In this document: positions 16,295 through 24,917 of the stretch, one piece after another | Layout: every line of letters starts with the position of its first letter | Position numbering within the stretch: position 1 is the stretch's first letter | Source of the DNA: Hungatella hathewayi | Lineage (GTDB): Bacteria > Bacillota > Clostridia > Lachnospirales > Lachnospiraceae | Assembly (NCBI RefSeq): GCF_025149285.1 | Contig: NZ_CP102274.1 | Direction: 5' to 3' (one strand) | DNA: 32,000 nt | Position numbers and translations under genes: made by a program | The notes under the pieces: model-generated | What the model was told of the DNA's origin: nothing | Databases searched by the model: none | What the model saw: the letters and a program-made list of their open reading frames with translations, nothing else

Positions 16295-16750
16295 CTACCG
16301 CGCGTTCTGGTTACGTCTCTCGATATCCATCACCTGATCCACGCGTCTCTGGTGCCTTCCGCCTTCGTATTTGGCATTCAGCCATTCTTCCGTAATCATT
16401 TTTGCCATCTCCACGCCGATGACTCTGGCGCCAAAGGCGAGGACGTTGGAGTCGTTGTGCATTCTGGAAAGCTTTGCCGTATACGGCTCACTGCAGACGC
16501 AGCAGCGGATCCCCTTTACCTTGTTGCAGGCCAGAGAGATGCCTACTCCGGTTCCGCAGATGGCGAGCCCTAAGTCCGCCTCTCCGCCGGCCACCGCGTT
16601 CCCCACTTTTTCACCGTAAACCGGGTAGTCGCAGCTCTCCGTGGAATTTGTGCCGTAATCGATTACTTCGTATCCCTTTTCCTCCAGAAATTTCTTCATC
16701 TCATTCTTCATTTCCAGTGCTGTATGATCATTTCCTATTGCGATTTTCAT
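16295..16750 (-). CDS. rpiB: Ribose-5-phosphate isomerase B / RpiB-LacA-LacB family sugar-phosphate isomerase
   Basis: MKIAIGNDHTALEMK..., CGTGVGISLACNK and the C-terminal GGRHQRRV are typical of RpiB. I prefer the ATG at 16750, which has AGGAG 9 nt upstream. The ORF-track GTG at 16759 directly abuts the RBS. The stop codon is TAG. Confidence 0.85.
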   Translation of the reverse strand: MKIAIGNDHTALEMKNEMKKFLEEKGYEVIDYGTNSTESCDYPVYGEKVGNAVAGGEADLGLAICGTGVGISLACNKVKGIRCCVCSEPYTAKLSRMHNDSNVLAFGARVIGVEMAKMITEEWLNAKYEGGRHQRRVDQVMDIERRNQNAR

Positions 16751-16783
16751 TGTATTCACTCCTGTTTCTGTCGATTGTCTGAT

Positions 16784-17902
16784 TTATGATTTAGCTTCCT
16801 GTCTGCCAAAAAACGCCTGGATCCGGTCCAGTCTGGAGGTCATGGAGCAGAGCAGCAGATCCGCTGTCGTCAGCGCTGCCATAGCTTCCACCACGACCAC
16901 CGCGCGCGGCACGATGATAGGGTCGTGACGGCCTTTGATCACAAGTTCCGTCTCCTCCAGCCCGCGTGTCACGCTTCTTTGCGGCTGTGCAATGGAGGGC
17001 GTGGGCTTGAAGGCTGCCCGCAGCACAACCCGGCTTCCGTCACTGATGCCTCCCAGAATTCCCCCCGCGTGATTCGTCTCCTTCTGTACCTTCCCGGACT
17101 CATCGACCCGGAAAGCGTCGTTGTTTTCCGAGCCCACCGACTTTGCCGCCTGGAATCCGTCTCCGATCTCAAAGCCCTTTACGGCTCCGATCGACAGGAT
17201 GGCCTTTGCCAGCGACGCGTCGTACTTTTCGAAAACCGGATCTCCGATTCCGGACGGGAGTCCGTCGATCACACATTCCACCACGCCGCCGACCGAATTG
17301 CATTCCGCCATCATACGGTCTAAATACGCTTCCGCCAAAGCGGCGGTGCCTGCATCCGGTATATAGAGACGGTTTCTGTGCATCTCTTCCATATTAAACT
17401 GGCCAGGATCCGCCTCATACGGCCCTACCGCCTTCGTGTAGGCGCATACCGTGATGCCCAGACTCGCAAGCAGCTTTGCCGCAATGGCTCCCGCAGCCAC
17501 ACGGCCGATGGTCTCCCGGCCGGAGGAACGGCCGCCGCCCCGGTAATCCCGGAATCCATACTTTTCATCGAAGGTGTAATCCGCATGGCCGGGACGGTAG
17601 ACCTCCATGATGTTTCCGTAATCCCTCGATCTCTGGTCCGTGTTCATCACCGCCATGGAAATCGGGGTCCCCGTTGTCCTTCCCTCAAAGACACCGGAAA
17701 GAATTTCCACCCGGTCCGCCTCCTGGCGTTTGGTCGTAAAGCGGCTCTGCCCCGGTTTTCTGCGGTCTAAGTACGCCTGAATGTCTTCCTCCGAAAGCGG
17801 AAGTCCCGCCGGGCAGCCGTCCACCACGACACCGATCCCCTTTCCATGCGACTCTCCCCAGGTTGTTATCTTAAATATGGTCCCCAGTGTTGATCCTGCC
17901 AT
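16784..17902 (-). CDS. aroC: Chorismate synthase
   Basis: 372 aa. The N-terminus FKITTWGESHGKGIGVVVDGCPAGL, plus GGGRSSGRETIGRVAAGA and GRHDP, are canonical AroC signatures. RBS AAGGAG. Confidence 0.95.
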   Translation of the reverse strand: MAGSTLGTIFKITTWGESHGKGIGVVVDGCPAGLPLSEEDIQAYLDRRKPGQSRFTTKRQEADRVEILSGVFEGRTTGTPISMAVMNTDQRSRDYGNIMEVYRPGHADYTFDEKYGFRDYRGGGRSSGRETIGRVAAGAIAAKLLASLGITVCAYTKAVGPYEADPGQFNMEEMHRNRLYIPDAGTAALAEAYLDRMMAECNSVGGVVECVIDGLPSGIGDPVFEKYDASLAKAILSIGAVKGFEIGDGFQAAKSVGSENNDAFRVDESGKVQKETNHAGGILGGISDGSRVVLRAAFKPTPSIAQPQRSVTRGLEETELVIKGRHDPIIVPRAVVVVEAMAALTTADLLLCSMTSRLDRIQAFFGRQEAKS

Positions 17903-17928
17903 GTATGATTTCTCCTTATCTCAGTTCT

Positions 17929-17978
17929 CAAAACCGGGGCCCTCGTCCATCATGCAGACGGACGGGTCCCCGGCTTTT
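17929..17978. terminator. GC-rich imperfect hairpin between the lactonase gene and aroC (probable terminator or attenuating structure)
   Basis: CCGGGGCCCTCGTC (17934-17947) pairs imperfectly with GACGGGTCCCCGG (17961-17973). It is flanked by AAAA on the left and TTTT on the right. Only about 25 nt separate it from the aroC start. Confidence 0.55.
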
Positions 17979-17996
17979 AAATACCATTTTCTGCAA

Positions 17997-19055
17997 TTAG
18001 TCGCTGACCTTTACGATCACGCAGCTGTTAGGTTCATTGACTCTGATTTCCTTGCCGTTCATGATCAGCAGACCCTTCTTGTAGTCTACGGAGAAGAATG
18101 TGATGCTGCCGTTCTCATGGTTAATCGATGCGATGTGCCTGTCATCCGGGAATACGCAGATGTCTTTCGGATAACTGCCGCTGATGGGCAGACAGCAGAT
18201 ATAATCCAGCAGGCCGGTCTTCGGATCGCGGTCGTAGACGGTTATCGTGTTATCGCCGGCATTACCGCAGAACATGTGCTTCTCATCGGTAGAAAAACGC
18301 ATGGAGCTGGCGGCGGTCAGCTGGGACAACGCCTTCGGCCCGGTCGTGGAGATGGTCTGTATCTTCTCAATCTTCGGCTGGCGCTCGCCTGTCTCATAGG
18401 TGTAAACGTCGATCACGTTTTTTAGCTCATATAAAAGGTAGAAAAATCTTCCATCCGAGCTGAAACGGAAGCATCTCGGAGCAGATTCCCGCTCGCAGCG
18501 AAGCGCATCCACCAGTATCAGCTTCTCCTCTTTTTCATCGAACCGGTAAATCTTTACCTGATCGATCCCCAGATCCGCCACCATGACAAATCTGCCATCC
18601 GGCGTTCTCCTCGTACAGCTTACATGCGGACGGAAGTTTCTCTCCGCCACGCTGCCCAGTCCCTTGTGGAACACTCCGTCTACGATATCTCCCACCGTTC
18701 CATCCGGGTTCAGCCGCAGTACGGTGGACTTCCCGTCGTGATATCCGGATACAAATATATACTTGTCCTCTGCGTCCGTAGACAGATGGCAGCCCCTCAT
18801 CCCCTTAATGTTGGCGGAATTGAGTCTTGTAATCGCCCCGTTCTCATGAATCCTGAATGATACGACGCCTTCGTCCGCGATAGAGTACAGGGTCTTTCCG
18901 TCATTCGATGCTATTAAATAGGAAGAATTGTCCACTTCCACCTCGCATCTCGGTATAAAACGGCCTTTGGCCACGTCCACATCGTACACCGTAATCCCTT
19001 TTGCCTGGCCGTTGTAGGAGTAGGAACCTACGTATGCCATATACTTTCCTTTCAT
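17997..19055 (-). CDS. Lactonase, 7-bladed beta-propeller family (6-phosphogluconolactonase-like)
   Basis: 352 aa. The N-terminus YVGSYSYNGQAKGITVYDVD and repeated blade-like segments (HLSTD..., FVMVADLGIDQVKIY, FRFSSDGRFFYLLYEL, MRFSTDEKHMFCGN) match the Pgl / lactonase PF10282 pattern. RBS GGAGGA. Confidence 0.8.
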   Translation of the reverse strand: MKGKYMAYVGSYSYNGQAKGITVYDVDVAKGRFIPRCEVEVDNSSYLIASNDGKTLYSIADEGVVSFRIHENGAITRLNSANIKGMRGCHLSTDAEDKYIFVSGYHDGKSTVLRLNPDGTVGDIVDGVFHKGLGSVAERNFRPHVSCTRRTPDGRFVMVADLGIDQVKIYRFDEKEEKLILVDALRCERESAPRCFRFSSDGRFFYLLYELKNVIDVYTYETGERQPKIEKIQTISTTGPKALSQLTAASSMRFSTDEKHMFCGNAGDNTITVYDRDPKTGLLDYICCLPISGSYPKDICVFPDDRHIASINHENGSITFFSVDYKKGLLIMNGKEIRVNEPNSCVIVKVSD

Positions 19056-19096
19056 ATTCGCGTCCTCCTGGATTGTTCCTTGTATAAACTAAAAAT

Positions 19097-19125
19097 ATCA
19101 TATCATAAAAAAGTATATTTGTTAA
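19097..19125 (-). promoter_or_regulatory. Putative promoter of the lactonase gene
   Basis: The minus strand reads TTAACA - 17 nt - TATGAT, about 40 nt upstream of the ATG. Confidence 0.4.
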
Positions 19126-19135
19126 GGAGAAACTA

Positions 19136-19163
19136 TTGACATACGGATAAAATCGGGTATAAT
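19136..19163 (+). promoter_or_regulatory. Near-consensus sigma-A promoter of the XRE-cupin / potABCD operon
   Basis: TTGACA (19136-19141) - 16 nt - TATAAT (19158-19163). An AT-rich leader of about 100 nt follows before the ATG at 19265. Confidence 0.6.
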
Positions 19164-19264
19164 GTATTTTGCCGTGTGTTTATTATTACTAAACTTTTTA
19201 ATTATTATTATCATCAGTTAGTATAACTAAACTCCAGGCTTATATTTATTAAAAGGAGGAGCGT

Positions 19265-19798
19265 ATGGATATCGGTGCGAAATTAAAAGAACTGCGGATC
19301 TTAAAAGGCCTAACCCAGGAAGAGCTGGCAGACCGTGCGGAGCTGTCAAAGGGATTCATTTCCCAGCTGGAAAGGGACTTAACTTCCCCCTCCATCGCGA
19401 CTCTCATGGACATCCTGCAGTGTCTTGGGACCTCCATCGGAGAGTTCTTTAACGAGACTCCGGAGGAACAGATCGTCTTCGGGAAAACGGATTACTTTGA
19501 AAAGCACGATCAGGAACTGAAAAATGAGATCAAATGGATCATTCCCAACGCACAGAAAAATATGATGGAGCCTATTCTCCTGACACTGGAGCCGGGCGGG
19601 GAAACCTACCCCGACAATCCCCATGAGGGAGAAGAGTTCGGCTACGTCCTGCAGGGCAACATTTCCATTCATATAGGAAGCAAGACATATAAAGCAAAAA
19701 AAGGGGAATCCTTTTACTTTGTTTCTGATAAAAAACACTATTTGAGCAGCAAGGCAGGCGCCGTCTTAATCTGGGTGAGCTCTCCGCCGAGCTTTTAA
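19265..19798 (+). CDS. XRE-family HTH transcriptional regulator with C-terminal cupin sensor domain (PuuR-like architecture)
   Basis: 177 aa. The HTH_3 region reads LKELRILKGLTQEELADRAELSKGFISQLERD. The cupin region reads HEGEEFGYVLQGNISIHIGSKTYKAKKGESFYF. RBS AAGGAGGA. Confidence 0.85.
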   Translation: MDIGAKLKELRILKGLTQEELADRAELSKGFISQLERDLTSPSIATLMDILQCLGTSIGEFFNETPEEQIVFGKTDYFEKHDQELKNEIKWIIPNAQKNMMEPILLTLEPGGETYPDNPHEGEEFGYVLQGNISIHIGSKTYKAKKGESFYFVSDKKHYLSSKAGAVLIWVSSPPSF

Positions 19799-19819
19799 TT
19801 TCAAGGAGGATAAAGGGTC

Positions 19820-20896
19820 ATGGGTCAGCCATTAATTGATTTAAAGAACATTACGAAGACATTTGACGGCACGGTCGTGCTGGATGATTTAAATCTTTCC
19901 GTAAAGGAAAATACTTTTGTTACACTGCTTGGACCCAGCGGCTGCGGAAAAACCACAACGCTCCGGATAATCGGCGGATTTGAACGGCCTGATCAGGGCA
20001 CGGTCATCTTTGACGGACAGGATATCACCAGCCTTCCGCCAAACAAACGCCAGCTGAACACAGTATTTCAGAAATACGCGCTGTTTACCCACATGTCGAT
20101 TGCGGAAAACATCGCATTTGGACTTAAGATTAAAAATAAACCAAAAACATATATCCAGGATAAGATTAAGTATGCCTTAAAGCTGGTTAATTTAGACGGC
20201 TTCGAAAACCGTACCGTGGATTCTTTGAGCGGCGGCCAGCAGCAGCGTATCGCCATTGCACGGGCCATTGTCAATGAACCCCGTGTTCTGCTCCTCGACG
20301 AACCGCTGGGCGCGCTGGATTTAAAGCTTCGCCAGGATATGCAGTATGAGCTGATCCGGTTAAAAAATGAGCTGGGCATCACGTTTATCTACGTAACCCA
20401 TGACCAGGAGGAGGCCCTTACCATGTCTGACACCATCGTCGTCATGAACCAGGGATATATCCAGCAGATGGGATCTCCTGAGAGCATTTATAATGAACCT
20501 GAAAATGCTTTTGTAGCCGATTTTATCGGGGAAAGCAATATCGTACCGGGTATTATGATCCGGGACGAGCTGGTAGAAATCTTTGGCGCCAGGTTCGTCT
20601 GCGTCGATAAGGGGTTTGGAAACAACAAGCCGGTGGACGTGGTGATCCGGCCGGAGGATATCGATCTGGTGCCTCCGGGAAACGGCTCTATTTCAGGCGT
20701 AGTCACTCATTTAATCTTTAAAGGCGTTCACTACGAGATGGAAGTTACCACTCCGGATGGCTTTGAATGGCTTGTACACAGCACGGACATGTTCCCGGTC
20801 GGACAGGAAGTGGATATCCATGTGGATCCATTTGACATTCAGATCATGAACAAGCCGGCTTCAGAGGATGAGGAGGCCGTGGGAGTCAATGAGTAA
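19820..20896 (+). CDS. potA: Spermidine/putrescine ABC transporter ATP-binding protein
   Basis: 358 aa. It has Walker [10 protein letters not shown], the signature [14 protein letters not shown] and Walker [12 protein letters not shown]. The C-terminal TOBE-like domain and overall similarity fit PotA. Confidence 0.9.
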   Translation: MGQPLIDLKNITKTFDGTVVLDDLNLSVKENTFVTLLGPSGCGKTTTLRIIGGFERPDQGTVIFDGQDITSLPPNKRQLNTVFQKYALFTHMSIAENIAFGLKIKNKPKTYIQDKIKYALKLVNLDGFENRTVDSLSGGQQQRIAIARAIVNEPRVLLLDEPLGALDLKLRQDMQYELIRLKNELGITFIYVTHDQEEALTMSDTIVVMNQGYIQQMGSPESIYNEPENAFVADFIGESNIVPGIMIRDELVEIFGARFVCVDKGFGNNKPVDVVIRPEDIDLVPPGNGSISGVVTHLIFKGVHYEMEVTTPDGFEWLVHSTDMFPVGQEVDIHVDPFDIQIMNKPASEDEEAVGVNE

Positions 20897-21701
20897 AAAA
20901 TTATTATCCGGTCCGTATCTCATGTGGATGATCGGCTTTACCATCATTCCGCTGGCTCTGATCGTATTTTACGGTCTGACAGACAGAAGCGGGGCCTTCA
21001 CCATGGCAAACGTCCTGTCCATCGCCACGGCGGAACATTCCAAGGCACTGTGGCTGTCCCTTGGCCTTTCCTTAATCAGCACGGTCATCTGTTTTATTCT
21101 CGCCTATCCGCTGGCCTTGATTTTACGGGCGCGGGGCATCGGCCAGGGCAGCTTTATCGTCTTCATCTTCATCCTTCCGATGTGGATGAATTTCCTGCTG
21201 CGCACGCTGGCATGGCAGACGCTTCTGGAGAAGAACGGCGTCATCAACGGAGTTTTATCGGCGCTCCATCTGCCGCCCCAGGGCTTAATCAACACACCGG
21301 GCGCCATTATCCTCGGCATGGTGTACAACTTCCTGCCGTTTATGGTTCTGCCTATTTATAATGTACTGTCCAAGATCGACGACAATGTGATCAATGCCGC
21401 CCAGGATCTGGGGGCCAACTTTTTTCAGATCCTGTTCCGTATCCTGCTTCCCTTAAGCATCCCGGGAATCGTCAGCGGAATCACGATGGTGTTCGTACCG
21501 GCTCTCACCACCTTCGTTATCTCCAACTTACTGGGCGGAAGCAAGATTCTCTTAATCGGCAACGTCATCGAGCAGGAGTTTACCAAGGGCAGCAACTGGA
21601 ATCTGGGATCCGGCCTCTCCCTTGTCATGATGATCTTTATCTTAATCAGTATGGCGCTGATCGCCAAATACGATAAAAACGGGGAGGGGACTGCATTTTG
21701 A
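20889..21701 (+). CDS. potB: Spermidine/putrescine ABC transporter permease
   Basis: I prefer the ATG at 20889 ([13 protein letters not shown]...). It overlaps the potA stop as ATGA and has GAGGAGG 12 nt upstream. The EAA-type loop reads [25 protein letters not shown]. The ORF-track start is 20868. Confidence 0.85.
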   Translation: MSKKLLSGPYLMWMIGFTIIPLALIVFYGLTDRSGAFTMANVLSIATAEHSKALWLSLGLSLISTVICFILAYPLALILRARGIGQGSFIVFIFILPMWMNFLLRTLAWQTLLEKNGVINGVLSALHLPPQGLINTPGAIILGMVYNFLPFMVLPIYNVLSKIDDNVINAAQDLGANFFQILFRILLPLSIPGIVSGITMVFVPALTTFVISNLLGGSKILLIGNVIEQEFTKGSNWNLGSGLSLVMMIFILISMALIAKYDKNGEGTAF

Positions 21702-22492
21702 CGGGCAAAAAAACAGGTTTACTCAAACGTTTTGTTCAGGACTTTTATCTGGTCCTGATCCTGGTATTTTTATACGCTCCCATCGCTACCATGGCGGTGC
21801 TGTCTTTTAACAGCTCCAAGTCCAGGACTCAGTGGGGCGGGTTTACCACGCGGTGGTACACGGAACTGTTTTCCAGCAGTACCATCATGACGGCGCTCTA
21901 TAATACGCTGCTGATTGCATTTTTATCTTCCATCATCGCAGTCATCATCGGCACGGCAGCGGCGATCGCTATCAATAACATGAAACGGGTTCCCCGCACA
22001 ATTGTGATGGGAATCACCAATATCCCCATGCTGAACGCGGATATAGTGACCGGCATCTCCCTGATGCTGGCATTTATCGCCTTTGGAATCTCCCTCGGGT
22101 TTAAAACGATTCTGATTGCACATATTACCTTTAACATTCCGTATGTCATCTTAAGTGTCATGCCGAAGTTAAAACAAACGGATAAGAGTACTTACGAGGC
22201 CGCCATGGATTTAGGGGCAACTCCGGTCTATGCCTTCTTCAAGGTCGTATTTCCGGATATCCTTCCGGGTGTTCTCTCCGGTTTCCTGCTGGCCTTTACC
22301 ATGTCGCTGGATGATTTCATCATCACCCATTTTACCCGCGGCGCCGGCATCAACACCTTATCCACGTTAATATACAGTGAAGTACGACGCGGCATCAAGC
22401 CGTCCATGTATGCGCTGTCCACCATCATCTTCTTAACGGTGCTGATTCTCTTACTGATTACCAACTTTGCACCGAAGCGGAAGAAACACTGA
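21698..22492 (+). CDS. potC: Spermidine/putrescine ABC transporter permease
   Basis: 264 aa. The TTG start overlaps the potB TGA, and GGGGAGGGGA lies 8 nt upstream. The EAA loop reads YEAAMDLGATPVYAFFKVVFPDILPG. Confidence 0.85.
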   Translation: MTGKKTGLLKRFVQDFYLVLILVFLYAPIATMAVLSFNSSKSRTQWGGFTTRWYTELFSSSTIMTALYNTLLIAFLSSIIAVIIGTAAAIAINNMKRVPRTIVMGITNIPMLNADIVTGISLMLAFIAFGISLGFKTILIAHITFNIPYVILSVMPKLKQTDKSTYEAAMDLGATPVYAFFKVVFPDILPGVLSGFLLAFTMSLDDFIITHFTRGAGINTLSTLIYSEVRRGIKPSMYALSTIIFLTVLILLLITNFAPKRKKH

Positions 22493-22516
22493 GATTATTT
22501 TATAAGGAGACAGATT

Positions 22517-23614
22517 ATGAAAAAGAGGTATTGTTCCATCATGGCCGTTATGGCTGTGGCTGCATTATCCGCCGTCACCGTGAGCGGGTGCGGCAAATCT
22601 GCCGATAAGGCGGGAAGCGCCGGCGAAGTTTACGTTTACAACTGGGGCGAGTATATTGACGAGGATGTGAAAGCGGAGTTTGAGGAAGAGACTGGAATTA
22701 AGGTCATCTATGATATGTTTGAGACGAATGAAGAGATGTATCCGGTCATCGAAGCGGGCGGCGTGAAATACGACGCGGTCTGCCCTTCCGATTATATGAT
22801 TCAGAAGATGATCGAGAATCAGATGCTTGCTGAAATCAATTTTGACAATATTCCTAATATAAAAGAGATTGATCCCAAGTATATGGATATGTCCAAAAGC
22901 TTTGATCCGGATAATAAATATTCCGTTCCGTACTGCTGGGGTACCGTTGGTATCCTCTATAACACCAGCATGGTAGCCCCGGAGGATGCGCCGACTAAGT
23001 GGTCCGATTTGTGGGATGAGAAATTTAAGGACAATATCCTGATGCAGGACAGCGTCCGCGACGCATTCATGGTGGCTTTAAAATCTCTGGGTTACTCGAT
23101 GAACACCACCAATGAAGCGGAAATCGCCGAGGCGAGAGATTTGCTGATCAAGCAGAAACCTCTGGTCCAGGCATATGTCATCGATCAGGTCCGCGATAAG
23201 ATGATCGGCGGCGAAGCCGCCATGGGCGTCATCTATTCCGGTGAGATGCTTTACATTCAGCAGGAGGTGGCTGATCTCGGACTGGATTACTCGCTGGAAT
23301 ATGTGATCCCCGAGGAGGGAACCAATCTCTGGCTGGATTCCTGGGTAATCCCGGCTAACGCTCCAAACAAGGAGAATGCGGAGAAATGGATTAATTTCCT
23401 CTGCCGCCCGGATATCGCGAAGAAGAATTTTGAATACATCACATACCCCACCCCGAACAAGGGAGCCTTTGATTTGCTCGATGCGGATCTTCAGAACAAT
23501 AAGGCTGTATTCCCGGACACGGATTCTCTGAAGAACTGTGAAGTCTTTCAGTACCTTGGAACCGATGTAGATTCTATCTATAATGAATACTGGAAAGAAG
23601 TGAAATCGAATTAG
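22517..23614 (+). CDS. potD: Spermidine/putrescine ABC transporter substrate-binding lipoprotein
   Basis: 365 aa. The lipobox is VSGCGK. The PotD-like motifs are VYVYNWGEYID, YDAVCPSDYM and VPYCWGTVGILYN. Confidence 0.85.
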   Translation: MKKRYCSIMAVMAVAALSAVTVSGCGKSADKAGSAGEVYVYNWGEYIDEDVKAEFEEETGIKVIYDMFETNEEMYPVIEAGGVKYDAVCPSDYMIQKMIENQMLAEINFDNIPNIKEIDPKYMDMSKSFDPDNKYSVPYCWGTVGILYNTSMVAPEDAPTKWSDLWDEKFKDNILMQDSVRDAFMVALKSLGYSMNTTNEAEIAEARDLLIKQKPLVQAYVIDQVRDKMIGGEAAMGVIYSGEMLYIQQEVADLGLDYSLEYVIPEEGTNLWLDSWVIPANAPNKENAEKWINFLCRPDIAKKNFEYITYPTPNKGAFDLLDADLQNNKAVFPDTDSLKNCEVFQYLGTDVDSIYNEYWKEVKSN

Positions 23615-23665
23615 GGCTGCATCGCTTACGCATGACAGTACCAACAGCAGTCAGGAGGACGCATC

Positions 23666-23986
23666 GTGGTAAACGCATTAGAAACACTATTACAGCAGGT
23701 GGTCGATATCACCATTCTCCTGTTTGAATTTATGGGAGTTCTGGTCATCATCGCGGCAGGACTCCGCGGGATTTATGATTACGTGAAGAGGAATCCTTCC
23801 ATTCGTCTGAATCTGGCTCAGGGCATGGCACTGGGGCTGGAATTTAAGCTGGGAAGCGAGATTCTCCGTACCGTAGTGGTCCGTCAGCTGTCGGAAGTGG
23901 CCGTGGTGGCTGCGATTATCGCCTTAAGGGCGGCGCTGACATTCCTGATTCACTGGGAAATCAAGGTGGAACGGGAATCTGAATAA
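23666..23986 (+). CDS. Small membrane protein, DUF1622-like
   Basis: 106 aa. GTG start with AGGAGGA 7 nt upstream. It has two or three TM helices and a central LGLEFKLGSEILRT motif that I associate with DUF1622. The family call is from memory. Confidence 0.6.
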   Translation: MVNALETLLQQVVDITILLFEFMGVLVIIAAGLRGIYDYVKRNPSIRLNLAQGMALGLEFKLGSEILRTVVVRQLSEVAVVAAIIALRAALTFLIHWEIKVERESE

Positions 23987-23996
23987 GTGAGGATGT

Positions 23997-24045
23997 AAAA
24001 GAGGACGTTCAGCTCATGAAACGGAGCTGGAAGTCCTCTTTTTTG
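23997..24045. terminator. Bidirectional intrinsic terminator (hairpin element copy A)
   Basis: The sequence is AAAAGAGGACgttCAGCTCatgaaacgGAGCTGgaaGTCCTCTTTTTTG. It forms two 6-bp stems around an internal loop, with flanking A and T runs. Confidence 0.75.
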
Positions 24046-24094
24046 TTAACCTGTCTGCGAAATCATACGGTTATCCGTATTTACCTGCCGTCTT

Positions 24095-24862
24095 TCAGTA
24101 CCTTATGTTCTTCTGCCGGATCATATTAAACTTTATAATGGCCGTGTTGATATACTCGTTGGCATGAATCAGAGGCCGGTCAGAGGAGCTGTAGTTTATT
24201 CCTTTTAAGTACAGAAAAGGTTTGCAGCCCAGCTGATTGATATCTACATACTGTTCCAGCCCCTCAATCTCTGTCGTCAGAATGGTATCGATTTCCACTT
24301 TGTCCCATTCAATTTTCTCACCAGAAAGATTGTAGATGTATTGAAAAATAGAATTCTCGTATTTGCTGAATTCACAAAACGCCTCCTCCCCTCCGATCAG
24401 AGATAAACTAAAATAATCACGGCAGAACGCACATACCAGATCATCGGCCAGAAACATCTTCTCTGCTACGACGAGCTGTTCGCTGCTCTCCATCTGCAGC
24501 TGCTGGCAGATGGCTTCATCCCGGTCAATTTTCTGAATGTTCAGCAGCCGGACGGAAGGTGTATATCCGCTGTTCTCAATCATTTGGGTAAATTCCATAC
24601 AGGGGTTGAATTTGACCTTGATATTGAGAGAATCTACGTTTACAAAGGTACCTTTTCCCTGGCGGCGGAAGATAATGCCTTCTGAGGCCAGGTCATTTAA
24701 CGCCTGTCGGATGGTGATACGGCTGACACCGATCATCTCAGCCAGCACTTCTTCTCTGGGAAGCTTATTATTACGGGAAAGATCCATGTTCTTGATGTAT
24801 TTATGTATTTCACGCTTTGCCTGCTCGGAAAGCGTCAGTGTATTCAGCTTCTGGTATTCCAT
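24095..24862 (-). CDS. GntR-family transcriptional regulator, HutC subfamily (wHTH plus UTRA effector domain)
   Basis: 255 aa. The wHTH reads LPREEVLAEMIGVSRITIRQALNDLASEGIIFRRQGKGTFV. The mixed alpha/beta C-terminal half is typical of UTRA. RBS AGGAGG. Two hand-counted 60-nt lines give 40% and 32% GC, lower than the 57% line I counted in the dehydratase gene. Confidence 0.85.
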   Translation of the reverse strand: MEYQKLNTLTLSEQAKREIHKYIKNMDLSRNNKLPREEVLAEMIGVSRITIRQALNDLASEGIIFRRQGKGTFVNVDSLNIKVKFNPCMEFTQMIENSGYTPSVRLLNIQKIDRDEAICQQLQMESSEQLVVAEKMFLADDLVCAFCRDYFSLSLIGGEEAFCEFSKYENSIFQYIYNLSGEKIEWDKVEIDTILTTEIEGLEQYVDINQLGCKPFLYLKGINYSSSDRPLIHANEYINTAIIKFNMIRQKNIRY

Positions 24863-24888
24863 ATGATAGCCTCCTGCCTTTTTCTTTA

Positions 24889-24917
24889 ATCATAGTTGGT
24901 AGGAGGCTCTTTGTCAA
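24889..24917 (-). promoter_or_regulatory. Putative own promoter of the HutC-type regulator gene
   Basis: The minus strand reads TTGACA (overlapping the permease stop codon) - 17 nt - TATGAT. The spacer and leader also form the AGCCTCCT / AGGAGGCT inverted repeat, whose right arm is the RBS. Confidence 0.5.

Noticed and set aside
17781-18425. 214-aa plus-strand ORF spanning the aroC start, the intergenic hairpin and the lactonase 3' end
   Set aside because: It lies antisense to two well-supported genes and runs straight through a terminator-like hairpin, with no RBS. It is most likely a chance open frame.
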